NCBI GenBank assembly: GCA_035714745.1
Contig: DASTLR010000007.1
Span: forward strand, 70,205-134,204
DNA: 64,000 bases
Direction: 5' to 3'
From: Minisyncoccota bacterium
GTDB taxonomy: Bacteria > Patescibacteriota > Minisyncoccia > Phycocordibacterales > UBA6065
Positions 40,099 through 50,353 of this stretch are shown piece by piece. Both the position numbers and the translations under genes were made by a program. The notes beneath the pieces are model-generated. The model searched no databases and had not been told where the DNA came from. It saw only the letters and a list, made by a program, of their open reading frames with translations. How positions within the stretch are numbered: the stretch's first letter is position 1; each line of letters begins with the position of its first letter.

Positions 40099-40497
40099 AT
40101 GACCCACAGCACATTGCCGCCCGAAAGGGTGTTCCTCATATTCAGGGATGCGGCCTTTATGCTCGTCTCGGCCAAGGACGGCGTCCACGGCTGGGATATC
40201 GCGAGCGGGATGATCCGCGACGTCACGCCCGGACAGACCGAGCTCCTGCTGAGGGAGCATTTCGCCGAGGTGATCGTCGAATCGGTCTCGGAGGTCCGGC
40301 TGCTCGAGCTCGAGCAGGCCGGGTCGCCGTTCATCGGGACGATGGTATATCTGTGCGTGATCGCCAAATCCTCGCGCGGCAAGAACGGCAAGGTCTATGG
40401 CGTCACCCGCCACAACTTGCAGGTCTTGCCGAGCGGCATGAGCCCGCGGGCAGAAGCCGCCGTAGCCCTTGAATACGTGCAAAGCCGCCTCGGCTGA
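40099..40497 (+). CDS. Hypothetical protein (132 aa)
   Basis: Strong SD (GAAGGAGGT-5nt-ATG). Followed by a strong terminator. No motif recognised. Confidence 0.55.
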   Translation: MTHSTLPPERVFLIFRDAAFMLVSAKDGVHGWDIASGMIRDVTPGQTELLLREHFAEVIVESVSEVRLLELEQAGSPFIGTMVYLCVIAKSSRGKNGKVYGVTRHNLQVLPSGMSPRAEAAVALEYVQSRLG

Positions 40498-40510
40498 GGC
40501 GGCTTTTTTC
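40483..40510 (+). terminator. Intrinsic terminator AGCCGCCTC-ggc-GAGGCGGCT followed by T6
   Basis: 10-bp stem followed by TTTTTT. Confidence 0.8.
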
Positions 40511-40523
40511 GCGCGTGCGGCGG

Positions 40524-42443
<1,920 letters not shown>

Positions 42444-42458
42444 TTCGATTGGTTATCT

Positions 42459-42501
42459 GCTGATTATATCAGCTCTATCAGATACTGTGTCGGATACTGT
42501 G
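42459..42501. promoter_or_regulatory. 15-bp perfect palindrome GCTGATTATATCAGC plus tandem 9-bp direct repeats GATACTGTG-tcg-GATACTGTG in the divergent ftsH/smpB intergenic region (candidate operator)
   Basis: Palindrome at 42459-42473. Direct repeats at 42481-42489 and 42493-42501, ending 13 nt before the smpB ATG. Confidence 0.4.
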
Positions 42502-42514
42502 ATAGCATACACTC

Positions 42515-42955
42515 ATGCTCGCGGAACACAAACGCGCCCGCTTCGACTACGAGATCCTCGAGGAATACGAGGCCGGCATCGAGCTGCTGGGCCTGGAGGT
42601 CAAGTCGCTGCGCGCCCACGGCGCCGTCCTGGACGGCTCCCACGTAACAATACGCGGCGGCGAGGCGTATATCATGCAGATGGCCATCCCGCCCTACCAG
42701 CCGGCCAACACGCCGCAGGAGTATGACCCCTTGCGCGTCCGCCGCCTGCTCCTGACCAAGGCTCAGATAGCCGACCTGGCCGCCCTAGAGGCCGGCAGAG
42801 GGTTGACAATTGTGCCTTTAAAGGTGTATAATAAAGGAAAGAAGGTCAAGGTCGCCATCGCCGTCGTCCGCGGCAAGAAGAAATTCGACAAGCGCGAGAC
42901 CATCAAGGAGCGCGAGAGCGACCGAGAGATACGCAGGACTTTGAAAAAAGAATAG
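42515..42955 (+). CDS. smpB: SsrA-binding protein SmpB
   Basis: KRARFDYEILE..EAGIEL.G.EVKSLR...L..S.V.....EAYI is typical of SmpB. Immediately followed by tmRNA. Confidence 0.9.
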   Translation: MLAEHKRARFDYEILEEYEAGIELLGLEVKSLRAHGAVLDGSHVTIRGGEAYIMQMAIPPYQPANTPQEYDPLRVRRLLLTKAQIADLAALEAGRGLTIVPLKVYNKGKKVKVAIAVVRGKKKFDKRETIKERESDREIRRTLKKE

Positions 42956-42967
42956 CGACGCAAAAAC

Positions 42968-43365
42968 GGGGATGATCGGCCTAGACATATGATTCCCTTT
43001 CGATCGCGCGCGGTAGAGCCGGATGCCTCTATAAACCTTCCGAAAACTAAACGCAAAATCTATCAAATCGCCTTTCGCGGTTAACGGATTCTCGTTCGCT
43101 TACGCGGCTGCTTAATAGCCCCGCCTGAGCGCATCGCCCCTCTACGCTCCCTGCGCGGAGGACCGGCGATGTCATAAACCAGGGATAGATCCGGAGGGGC
43201 TCCGACCCGGATCGAACGGCTTCGGCCGCGGGAGCTCGGCGCCCGTACGTTTCGCGGACCTTTATAGTACGCCCGCCTAAAGCCCGCCAGGGCAAAAGAC
43301 CGCTACGCCGCGTAGAAGCGCACGAAAGCCTCATATGCACCCGAGTTCGATTCTCGGCATCTCCA
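42968..43365 (+). ncRNA. ssrA: tmRNA (ssrA), standard one-piece form
   Basis: The 5' GGGGATG pairs with the 3' CATCTCC, followed by an A discriminator (CCA not encoded). T-arm CCGAG-TTCGATT-CTCGG. Internal tag ORF ..GCG GTT AAC GGA TTC TCG TTC GCT TAC GCG GCT GCT TAA TAG encodes a VNGFSFAYAAA-like tag with a double stop. Directly downstream of smpB. Confidence 0.75.
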
Positions 43366-43375
43366 CAAACCAAAA

Positions 43376-43402
43376 AGAACGGCCAATGAACCGTTCTTTT
43401 TC
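43376..43402 (+). terminator. Intrinsic terminator AGAACGG-ccaatgaa-CCGTTCT followed by T5, after tmRNA
   Basis: Hairpin followed by a T-run. Confidence 0.7.
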
Positions 43403-43725
43403 TTGGTTGTTTATTGACTTTTTTCTTCACACATGTAGTGTTACCAACCGACGATACGGAACAGATGGGTGTGCTGGGCACGCTCCTGGAAACAGGAGAG
43501 GCATGGGTTCGAACCCCTTATCTGGTCACGTTCTTTGTCGAAGACCAAGTAGTTATCTTTTTGTGAACGGGCAGACGCGACACTGCGCGCAAATAGATAC
43601 CTAGATTGGATTTTGGGATCTGTAGCATAGCTAGGAGACTTTGAAGCCTTTGCGCTAGTGGAGGCAGAGTCGAAATGTGAAATACCAGTGACTCAAAATA
43701 TCTGATCAGTGATCCGTATCGTCCT

Positions 43726-43752
43726 CTTTAATTCAACTGGTGCCTCGCGCAC
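43726..43752 (+). terminator. Intrinsic terminator ACTGGTGC-ctcgc-GCACCAGT followed by T6 inside the non-coding segment after ssrA
   Basis: 8-bp stem followed by TTTTTTATTT. Confidence 0.7.
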
Positions 43753-43830
43753 CAGTTTTTTATTTCCCTTTCATAAACTCGGTTCTAACGGGAGAGATGT
43801 CGAGACGAGAAAGGCGGTGCGGATGCGACC

Positions 43831-43849
43831 GATTCTCGACATCTCCACA
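43831..43849 (+). repeat. Duplicate of the tmRNA 3' end (GATTCTCGACATCTCCACA versus GATTCTCGGCATCTCCACA at 43349-43367); att-like direct repeat
   Basis: 18/19 identical over 19 nt, including the acceptor 3' strand. Embedded in a 12-bp hairpin (GAGATGTC..GACATCTC). Confidence 0.6.
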
Positions 43850-43952
43850 TCAGTAAGCGCTAATGGCCCTGAAACGAAAGCCCATTCTCAAAGCAGGCCT
43901 TTCAATTGCATAACCATATGCTATGGTTCCTCTCAGAAAACCCACATCGACC

Positions 43953-44468
43953 ATGTCTGAAACAAAGCTCATCACGACGGGAGGGGTAGCCGGCATCTAT
44001 ATCTCCCCCACTGCGCGCGGCGCAATGCAATCGATCGTCGAAGCAGAGGCCGTCGCCGGGGCCGGCATCAAGGGCGACCGCTACTGCGACGGCATCGGAA
44101 GCTTCAACGACGTGAAAAGGGGTCGCCGCGGCATCGGCGCCCGCCAAGTCAGCCTGATGGACGCGCGGTTCTTTGCCGGCACCGCCTTCGAGTTCGCCGA
44201 CAGCAGGCGCAACATCATCACAGAGGGAGTGGAGCTCATATGGCTGCTTAAAAGAGGCGGCAAGGAATTCGCTCAGGAATTCCGCATCGGCGAGGCCGTC
44301 TTTCGAGCGGTCGACCCTCTCGATCCCTGCAACGTCCCCAGCAGCGTCTCGGGAAAGCCGGGCTTCAAGGAGGCGTTCTTTGACTGCGGCGCGATCATCG
44401 CCGAAGTGCTCGTCGGCGGACGGTTCCGCGTCGGAGATCCCGTATTCCACGCCTCGAAAGGGTATTGA
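43953..44468 (+). CDS. MOSC-domain protein
   Basis: GIKGDRY...IGARQVSLMD...NIITEGVEL matches the MOSC beta-barrel pattern. The start could also be the tool's upstream ATG at 43923. Confidence 0.55.
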   Translation: MSETKLITTGGVAGIYISPTARGAMQSIVEAEAVAGAGIKGDRYCDGIGSFNDVKRGRRGIGARQVSLMDARFFAGTAFEFADSRRNIITEGVELIWLLKRGGKEFAQEFRIGEAVFRAVDPLDPCNVPSSVSGKPGFKEAFFDCGAIIAEVLVGGRFRVGDPVFHASKGY

Positions 44469-44514
44469 TTTGACACAAACGCTATTCGATGTTAGTGTCA
44501 AGTCAGAACCCACC

Positions 44515-44868
44515 ATGAAAAAAATCATCATCGCGGACGATGTGTCCGAGAATCGCGCTGTCCTGCAGGCGTTCTTCGAAGGCCGAGGCTACGAGACGGT
44601 CCTCGCCGAGAGCGGCGAGCGCGCCATCCATGAGCTGGTCGCCCACCCCGACACTACGGCGCTCATCACCGACTATCGCATGCCCCGCATGAACGGCATC
44701 GAGGTCGTCCGGCTGGCGAGCAGCATGGACCCCAAGCTCTTCATCGTCCTGGCCTCGGGCGATATCCGGGACTTCGAGGAAAGGGAGGCCCGCGAAGCCG
44801 GCGCCAAGGAGGTCCTGGGCAAGCCCTACGACCTCAAGCGGCTCAAGGAGCTCTTTCCCCCCGCCTAA
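44515..44868 (+). CDS. Orphan single-domain response regulator (CheY-like receiver)
   Basis: MKKIIIADD...LITDYRMPRMNG (phospho-acceptor Asp) ...VLGKPYD. 117 aa. Confidence 0.75.
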   Translation: MKKIIIADDVSENRAVLQAFFEGRGYETVLAESGERAIHELVAHPDTTALITDYRMPRMNGIEVVRLASSMDPKLFIVLASGDIRDFEEREAREAGAKEVLGKPYDLKRLKELFPPA

Positions 44869-44929
44869 AGATGCGGACTGCGCCAAAGCCCGACCTCGGT
44901 CGGGCTTTTTTATGCGTATGAAAGGACAG

Positions 44930-45676
44930 TTAGCTGGCGAAGCGCACCGCCAGATAGATGACGGCCATGCCGAGGATAGTGGCAAAGGTCGTCCAGCGCG
45001 TCGGGTGGGCGTGGTGGCTCTCGGGCAAAAGATCGCTCGCCCCGATATAGAGGAAGAAGCCGCAGAAGACCGAGAGGACGATGCCGGTCGCCGCCGCGGG
45101 TATGGCGACGAGGAAGGTCGAAGCGATGCCGGCGACCGGCGCCAGCGCGTCGATCATCAGCCAGCGCAGGGCCTGCTTCCGATCGCCGCCGTGGCGCAGG
45201 ATCATCGAGACCGTGTTGATGCCGTCCGAGAAGTCATGGGTCAGGACCGCGGCGGCGACAACCGCGCCCACCGCCGTCGAGACGTGAAAGCCGAGGCCGA
45301 TGGCCACGCCGTCCAAAAAGCTGTGGAACGACAGGCTGCCGGCGCCGAAACTGCCTCGGGCGCCTACTTCCCCTTCATGGGAAAGGTCGCGCCGCGAGTG
45401 GTCGCAATGGTCGTCATGGCCGTGCATGAAGAAGAGCCTGTCCAGGATCATATAGCAGGCAAAGCCTAATGCCACCGAGAGCATGACCGTGTCGGCGGAG
45501 AAGAATCCGTCGGCCGCCGCCATGGCCTCGGGCAAGAGGTCGAAGAGCGCCACGCCGATGAGGGCGCCCGCCGAGAAGCCCAGGATCAGGTGGAGCTTGT
45601 CGCTCCAGCGGATGGCGAAAAGGCCTCCCAGGAGAGTAGCTACCAGCGCTCCGATCGCCACATATATCAGCGTCAT
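44930..45676 (-). CDS. zupT: ZIP-family divalent metal transporter (ZupT-like)
   Basis: Eight TM helices. HDFSDGIN and His-rich motifs typical of ZIP. Confidence 0.7.
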   Translation of the reverse strand: MTLIYVAIGALVATLLGGLFAIRWSDKLHLILGFSAGALIGVALFDLLPEAMAAADGFFSADTVMLSVALGFACYMILDRLFFMHGHDDHCDHSRRDLSHEGEVGARGSFGAGSLSFHSFLDGVAIGLGFHVSTAVGAVVAAAVLTHDFSDGINTVSMILRHGGDRKQALRWLMIDALAPVAGIASTFLVAIPAAATGIVLSVFCGFFLYIGASDLLPESHHAHPTRWTTFATILGMAVIYLAVRFAS

Positions 45677-45834
45677 ACCCTTATGCTACCGCACTCTATG
45701 CGCGATTGTAAGCGCCCCGATCCTAGCCGGGCGAAAGCCTTGACACCCAGCCATAAAAGCGTAGCGTTCAGTACGGAAAGTGAAACCGTCCTGCCACAGC
45801 GCAGGGCATAACCCAAAGAAAGGTAGTTGGCACC

Positions 45835-46893
45835 ATGACACAAGATACGCTCGATACGAAAGGAACCGAACAGTCGCCGGCGATCCACGACCTGTTCTCG
45901 CGTCCGGTCCGCCCCATCCGCAACTGGAGCGAATGGCTCGAACGCTGGCAAGCAGCCGTAACGTTCGAGGAAATGCGAGGCCTGCTTCACGGAGGATTCG
46001 ATGTCTCCTTGCAGGAATATCAGTATGGCGAGAAAGAGTATTCGCACGTCGATCGCCTGGCGTTCTACTGCACGATCGCTGACGGTTGGAGTGGCAGCCT
46101 CGATATGCGGAGAGACGGGGATTTTCGCCTGACATACCGGCTCTATGACAGCGAGCGCGAGATATTCCGGGACGTTAATCCGTCAGAAGTCCGCGAGACG
46201 CTCGCCAACAAGGCGGTCGACATGCTCTGCTCGCGCTTCTTCAAGCCGCTCGTGGCAGAGGAGGTCGAGGCATGGACGCTCGACAAGCGCTGGAAATATG
46301 GAATCTTTTCCCAGGCGAAAGCGCTCGACAGCATAATGGGGTTCTTTCGGATCGATCCAGGCCCCGTCGATGCCGTTACTATCAAGAATGTAGGCCGTCG
46401 GACGGCACGTTCGAATACCGAACGGATCATACAAGCGTTCCTCGCAGAACTCGCCAGACGTCTCTGGAGGTTCAAGGACGTCGATGTCTCCCATTTTGCC
46501 GAGCCCGAGCGGGCAGAAAAGGTGGCAGAGAACGCCAAGAGACAGGCGCAGATCGAAAAGGTCAAGCTTTGGATGATCGAGGTCCTGGCCTATATCAATC
46601 GGCTCGAGGACCTGAACGGATGGCTACTCGTTATCAGTAAACCCCAGTTGGCGAAACTCAAAGAAATCGCCCTTCGGTCGTCACTGTCCGAGTATGGACA
46701 CCCGGTCACGAAGAGCCGCATGGTCGCCAACCTAGACGAAGCCTGCTATGCGGGATCCGCCGCGGCGTGGTTCCTGAAGCGCCAAGAGCTTGTCAGCAGG
46801 GAGCATTCGAGGCTTGAAAAGATCCAGGCTCTGGAACGCGAGCGGCAGCAAGCGGACCGCCGGATGAAGGAGCTGACCCGGTCGAAAGCGTAG
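45835..46893 (+). CDS. Hypothetical protein (352 aa) with a C-terminal coiled coil; atypical codon usage
   Basis: Clean ORF with its own terminator. GC3 visibly lower than flanking genes. No motif recognised. Confidence 0.5.
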   Translation: MTQDTLDTKGTEQSPAIHDLFSRPVRPIRNWSEWLERWQAAVTFEEMRGLLHGGFDVSLQEYQYGEKEYSHVDRLAFYCTIADGWSGSLDMRRDGDFRLTYRLYDSEREIFRDVNPSEVRETLANKAVDMLCSRFFKPLVAEEVEAWTLDKRWKYGIFSQAKALDSIMGFFRIDPGPVDAVTIKNVGRRTARSNTERIIQAFLAELARRLWRFKDVDVSHFAEPERAEKVAENAKRQAQIEKVKLWMIEVLAYINRLEDLNGWLLVISKPQLAKLKEIALRSSLSEYGHPVTKSRMVANLDEACYAGSAAAWFLKRQELVSREHSRLEKIQALERERQQADRRMKELTRSKA

Positions 46894-46903
46894 CGTATTC
46901 TAC

Positions 46904-46930
46904 GGCGCGTGACGATTCACGCGCCTTTTT
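46904..46930 (+). terminator. Intrinsic terminator GGCGCGTGA-cgat-TCACGCGCC followed by T5
   Basis: 9-bp stem followed by TTTTTATTT. Overlaps the msrB stop on the other strand. Confidence 0.75.
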
Positions 46931-47303
46931 ATTTGGGCAACACGTCCAAGCAGACCGAATTCATGCAGTATCGCTTGCCCGTGGCCGTCGGCCCGTCGTC
47001 AAAGACGTGGCCCAGGTGCGAGCCGCAGCGGGCGCAGACCGTCTCGACGCGGCGCATGCCGTGCGAGTCGTCGGCTACCTCTTTCACGGCGCCCGGCAGG
47101 GCCTGATCGAACGAAGGCCAGCCCGTGCCCGAGTCGAACTTGGCAGTCGAGGCAAAGAGCGGATTGCCGCAGGCCGCGCAGGCATAGACACCGTCGACGT
47201 CGGCGTGCAGGAGCTTGCCCGAAAAGGGCGCCTCGGTGCCCTTTTGTCGGAGGACGCGGTATTGCTCCGGCGTCAGCTTCTTCTTGAATTCTTCTTCGGT
47301 CAT
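46929..47303 (-). CDS. msrB: Peptide methionine sulfoxide reductase MsrB
   Basis: Two CxxC Zn motifs (CAACGNPLF, CARCGSHLGHVF) and a catalytic RxC region. 124 aa. Confidence 0.85.
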   Translation of the reverse strand: MTEEEFKKKLTPEQYRVLRQKGTEAPFSGKLLHADVDGVYACAACGNPLFASTAKFDSGTGWPSFDQALPGAVKEVADDSHGMRRVETVCARCGSHLGHVFDDGPTATGKRYCMNSVCLDVLPK

Positions 47304-47845
47304 ATGGTCTTTAGCAGTGTAGCAAATTTCTCGCTCACTTTCTGGAGCTTGGGATTGATGACGACCTCGCAGTACGGGTTGCCGGGATGGCGGGCGAAGT
47401 AGTCGCGATGGTAGTCCTCGGCCTCGTAAAAGGCGCCGAGCGGCTCGACCGTGGTGACGACGGGCTTGCCCTCCTTGCTGGAAGCGTTGATGTCGGCGAT
47501 AAAGGCCTCCGCCTCGGCCTTTTGGGCCGGCGTCGTGTAAAAGATGACGGAGCGATACTGCGTGCCCACGTCGTTCCCCTGCCGGTTAGGCGTCGACGGG
47601 TCATGGCTGCCGAAAAAGACCGTCATGAGGTCGCGGAACGAGACCTGCGACGGGTCGTACTCCACCCGCGCCACTTCCACATGCCCCGTCGCGCCCGAGC
47701 AGACCTCTTCGTACGTGGGATTCTCCGTGCTCCCGCCCGAATAGCCGGGCAGGACCGACGAGACGCCGCGGAGCATCTTGAAGACCGCCTCGGTGCACCA
47801 GAAGCATCCCCCGCCGAACACCGCCACCTCTCTTTTGTCGCTCAT
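47300..47845 (-). CDS. msrA: Peptide methionine sulfoxide reductase MsrA
   Basis: Active site GGGCFWCTE. 181 aa. Overlaps the msrB start by 4 nt. Confidence 0.9.
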   Translation of the reverse strand: MSDKREVAVFGGGCFWCTEAVFKMLRGVSSVLPGYSGGSTENPTYEEVCSGATGHVEVARVEYDPSQVSFRDLMTVFFGSHDPSTPNRQGNDVGTQYRSVIFYTTPAQKAEAEAFIADINASSKEGKPVVTTVEPLGAFYEAEDYHRDYFARHPGNPYCEVVINPKLQKVSEKFATLLKTI

Positions 47846-47860
47846 TTTTTATAGGTATGA

Positions 47861-48937
47861 CTAATTGCCAAAGGTAAAGGCAAAGGCGCGCAGGCCCTTC
47901 CCCTGGGCGGTCAGGACCAGCCTGTGCGGCCCGAACCCCTCTCCCTTGTAGATATCGTAGAGCCGGGCCTGGCCGACCTCGACGGCGCCCGCGGGCTTTC
48001 CATCGATGGAGACGTCGAGCTTGGTGGGCGCCTCGGCCGAGGCGACCAGGTATATGTTCTTTGCGGCCACGGGGTACGAGATCGTGGCGCCCGCGGCCTT
48101 GCTCTCTATATATTGCGGCTGCACGTCCCAGCCAGAGATCGACCAGCCGAGCGACTGGTCGCCGCGGGCCGCGCCCAAGTACGTCTCGGGCGTCTGGCCC
48201 GCCGCGACCGGCGGCTGGCCGCCGGCGGTCTTTGGCATGTCGACGGACACGCTCGCGCCCAGGACGTCCGCGCGCTCCTTCAAAAGCTCCTGGATCTTTT
48301 CCTCGGTCTCGGCATAGCCGCCCTCGCCGATATGGTCGTAGACGACGTAGCCGTCGATGTCGATCAGGTACTTGCGCGGCCAGTACAGGTTCTTGTACGC
48401 CGACCAGGTGCCGTAATCGTTGTCTAGGACCACCGGGAAGGTGATGCCGTACTTGGCCATGGCCGCCTCGACGTTGGCCTGGACCTTCTCGAAATCGAAC
48501 TCGGGCGTATGGATGCCGATGATGACCAGGCCCTTGTCCTCGTATTTCTTGTACCAGTCGACCAGGTACGGGAAGGTGCGGATGCAGTTGATGCAGCTGT
48601 AGGTCATGATGTCCAGGAGGATGACCTTCTTGCCGACGTATTGGCCGAGCGTGACCGGCTTGCCGCCGGTATTGACGAAGCCGGAGGGAGCGACGATCTC
48701 CTTGGCCTTTGGGTAGCGGGCCGCCTTTGCCGCCAGGTCGCGGACGGGCGCCTGCGCAGCCGAGGGCGAAGTCGATGCCGATGTCGAAGCCGACGCCTCC
48801 TCCGGAACCTGGGCCGTCACTTCCACAGCGGGCAGGGCCGAGGCTTTCGGCCCCGCTTTGCCCATAGAGAGGTAGGCGATGGCCGCTACGACCAGGACCA
48901 CGACGGCGAGCAAGGCGACGATGTTTGAGTTCTTCAT
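47861..48937 (-). CDS. Membrane-anchored thioredoxin-like/TlpA-ResA-type thiol:disulfide oxidoreductase with an extra C-terminal domain
   Basis: N-terminal TM helix, an Ala/Ser-rich linker, and a thioredoxin fold with CINC (CxxC). 358 aa. Co-oriented with ccdA. Confidence 0.6.
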   Translation of the reverse strand: MKNSNIVALLAVVVLVVAAIAYLSMGKAGPKASALPAVEVTAQVPEEASASTSASTSPSAAQAPVRDLAAKAARYPKAKEIVAPSGFVNTGGKPVTLGQYVGKKVILLDIMTYSCINCIRTFPYLVDWYKKYEDKGLVIIGIHTPEFDFEKVQANVEAAMAKYGITFPVVLDNDYGTWSAYKNLYWPRKYLIDIDGYVVYDHIGEGGYAETEEKIQELLKERADVLGASVSVDMPKTAGGQPPVAAGQTPETYLGAARGDQSLGWSISGWDVQPQYIESKAAGATISYPVAAKNIYLVASAEAPTKLDVSIDGKPAGAVEVGQARLYDIYKGEGFGPHRLVLTAQGKGLRAFAFTFGN

Positions 48938-49654
48938 TTATTTGATGAGCAGATTATTGACGAAATCGAAATTGGCCACCCGCGACAGCTCCTGGGTAAA
49001 GACGAGCACGCCCAAGACGATCAGGACCGCGCCAAAGGCTTTGCTCACCAGGGCGAAGACTCGGGCGTGACGCTCGATGAAGCAGGCGGCCTGGCCAGCA
49101 AAGAGCCCCACGGCCAGGAACGGCACGCCCAGGCCGACCGAGTAGGACAGGAGCAGCAGAAAGGCCGAGCCCGGATGCGCCGCCGCCAGGGCGATGATGG
49201 CGCCCAGGATGGCTCCCACGCAGGGCGTCCATCCCGCGGCAAAGGCGAAGCCGAAGAGGAAGGAGGTCAGGTGGCGCGAGCGTCCGCGGGCGCTGACCTT
49301 CATGGTATGGGCGCGGCCCAGCCACGGTATCGGCAGCAGTCCCGTCAGGTACAGGCCAAAGAGGATGATGACCGTGCCGCCGATCCTGGCCAGCCACGCC
49401 TGCGCTCCGTAGGCCACGTTCGCCAACGCCGTATTCAAGAGCACGCCCAGCAGGGCAAAGACCACCGAGAAGCCCAGGACGAAGAAGAGCGAAGAGAGAA
49501 AGATGTCGCGCCGCTTGCCCCCGTCGCTTGACCCCTCCCCCAGTGAAGTCCCCGCGATATAGGCCAGGAAGCCCGGGATGATCGGCAGGACGCAGGGCGA
49601 GGCGAATGAGGCCAGTCCCGCCAGAAACGCTATCGGAAATGATATGTCGAGCAT
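48938..49654 (-). CDS. ccdA: CcdA/DsbD-family thiol-disulfide transporter, second copy
   Basis: FASPCVLPIIPG (TM1 Cys) and WTPCVGAILGA (TM4 Cys). Six TM helices. Confidence 0.75.
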   Translation of the reverse strand: MLDISFPIAFLAGLASFASPCVLPIIPGFLAYIAGTSLGEGSSDGGKRRDIFLSSLFFVLGFSVVFALLGVLLNTALANVAYGAQAWLARIGGTVIILFGLYLTGLLPIPWLGRAHTMKVSARGRSRHLTSFLFGFAFAAGWTPCVGAILGAIIALAAAHPGSAFLLLLSYSVGLGVPFLAVGLFAGQAACFIERHARVFALVSKAFGAVLIVLGVLVFTQELSRVANFDFVNNLLIK

Positions 49655-49723
49655 GGAGAAAGTATAGACGGCTCGACGCCGTATGTAAAGTATACTTTAC
49701 ATCGCTCCTGGGGATAGCGGCGG

Positions 49724-50074
49724 TCAGTTGCGCGTCCTCTCGTATATGAGGCCGGCCGCTTTGGCCGAGAGCATGGCGATCAGGGCCGCTACCAGCCAGG
49801 GCGAGAGCATGTGGGCGAGCGATTCCGCCACGACCGCGACGACCAGCGCCGACGCGCCGAATATGAATCCCAGACGGTCTGCCTTGTGGATGTGGGCCTC
49901 TTCCCGTTCGTCCTGGCCCTTCTCGCGCCAGAGGAATATCGAGAATGCGGCAAAGGCCGCTACCGCCAGGGCGAGCACCGTCATGACGATGGCCGGCGGC
50001 ATAAAGCCGAACGGCTCGAGCAGCAGGATCAAAAGGACGATGAGGGCTGCGGGTATGAGGATGTCTTTCTTCAT
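49724..50074 (-). CDS. Small 4-TM membrane protein co-transcribed with the XRE regulator (DUF2178-like arrangement)
   Basis: 116 aa. Its start overlaps the stop of the HTH gene. Confidence 0.5.
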   Translation of the reverse strand: MKKDILIPAALIVLLILLLEPFGFMPPAIVMTVLALAVAAFAAFSIFLWREKGQDEREEAHIHKADRLGFIFGASALVVAVVAESLAHMLSPWLVAALIAMLSAKAAGLIYERTRN

Positions 50075-50281
50075 TTATTTGATCGTAAAGATGTCTTCGA
50101 CGGGGACCCTGAAATACGCGGCGATCTTGAGGGCGAGGAGGACCGAGGGCACGTAGTTGCCCTTTTCCACGGCGATGATAGTCTGCCGGGTCACCCCCAC
50201 CGCCCGCGCCAGATCCTCTTGCGTGGCCCCCTTGCCCGTGCGCAGGGCCAGGACCGCGTTCCGTATCGATTCTTTCGCCAT
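50075..50281 (-). CDS. XRE-family helix-turn-helix transcriptional regulator (Cro/C1 type)
   Basis: [53 protein letters not shown]. 68 aa. Confidence 0.8.
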   Translation of the reverse strand: MAKESIRNAVLALRTGKGATQEDLARAVGVTRQTIIAVEKGNYVPSVLLALKIAAYFRVPVEDIFTIK

Positions 50282-50353
50282 GTCCTCATGATACCCGAAT
50301 TGCCCCGCTTCGCGAAATATGCTTTAATCCTCTTACATTAAGCCATCAATCAC

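Noticed and set aside
43440-43530. tRNA-like T-arm fragment (GGGTTCGAACCCC) suggesting a tRNA gene
   Set aside because: No acceptor, D or anticodon arms can be folded around it. Treated as a degenerate fragment within the putative island remnant, not as a tRNA.
43709-43960. 83-aa ORF in the non-coding segment after tmRNA
   Set aside because: It spans a predicted terminator and the duplicated tmRNA 3'-end repeat. No start context.
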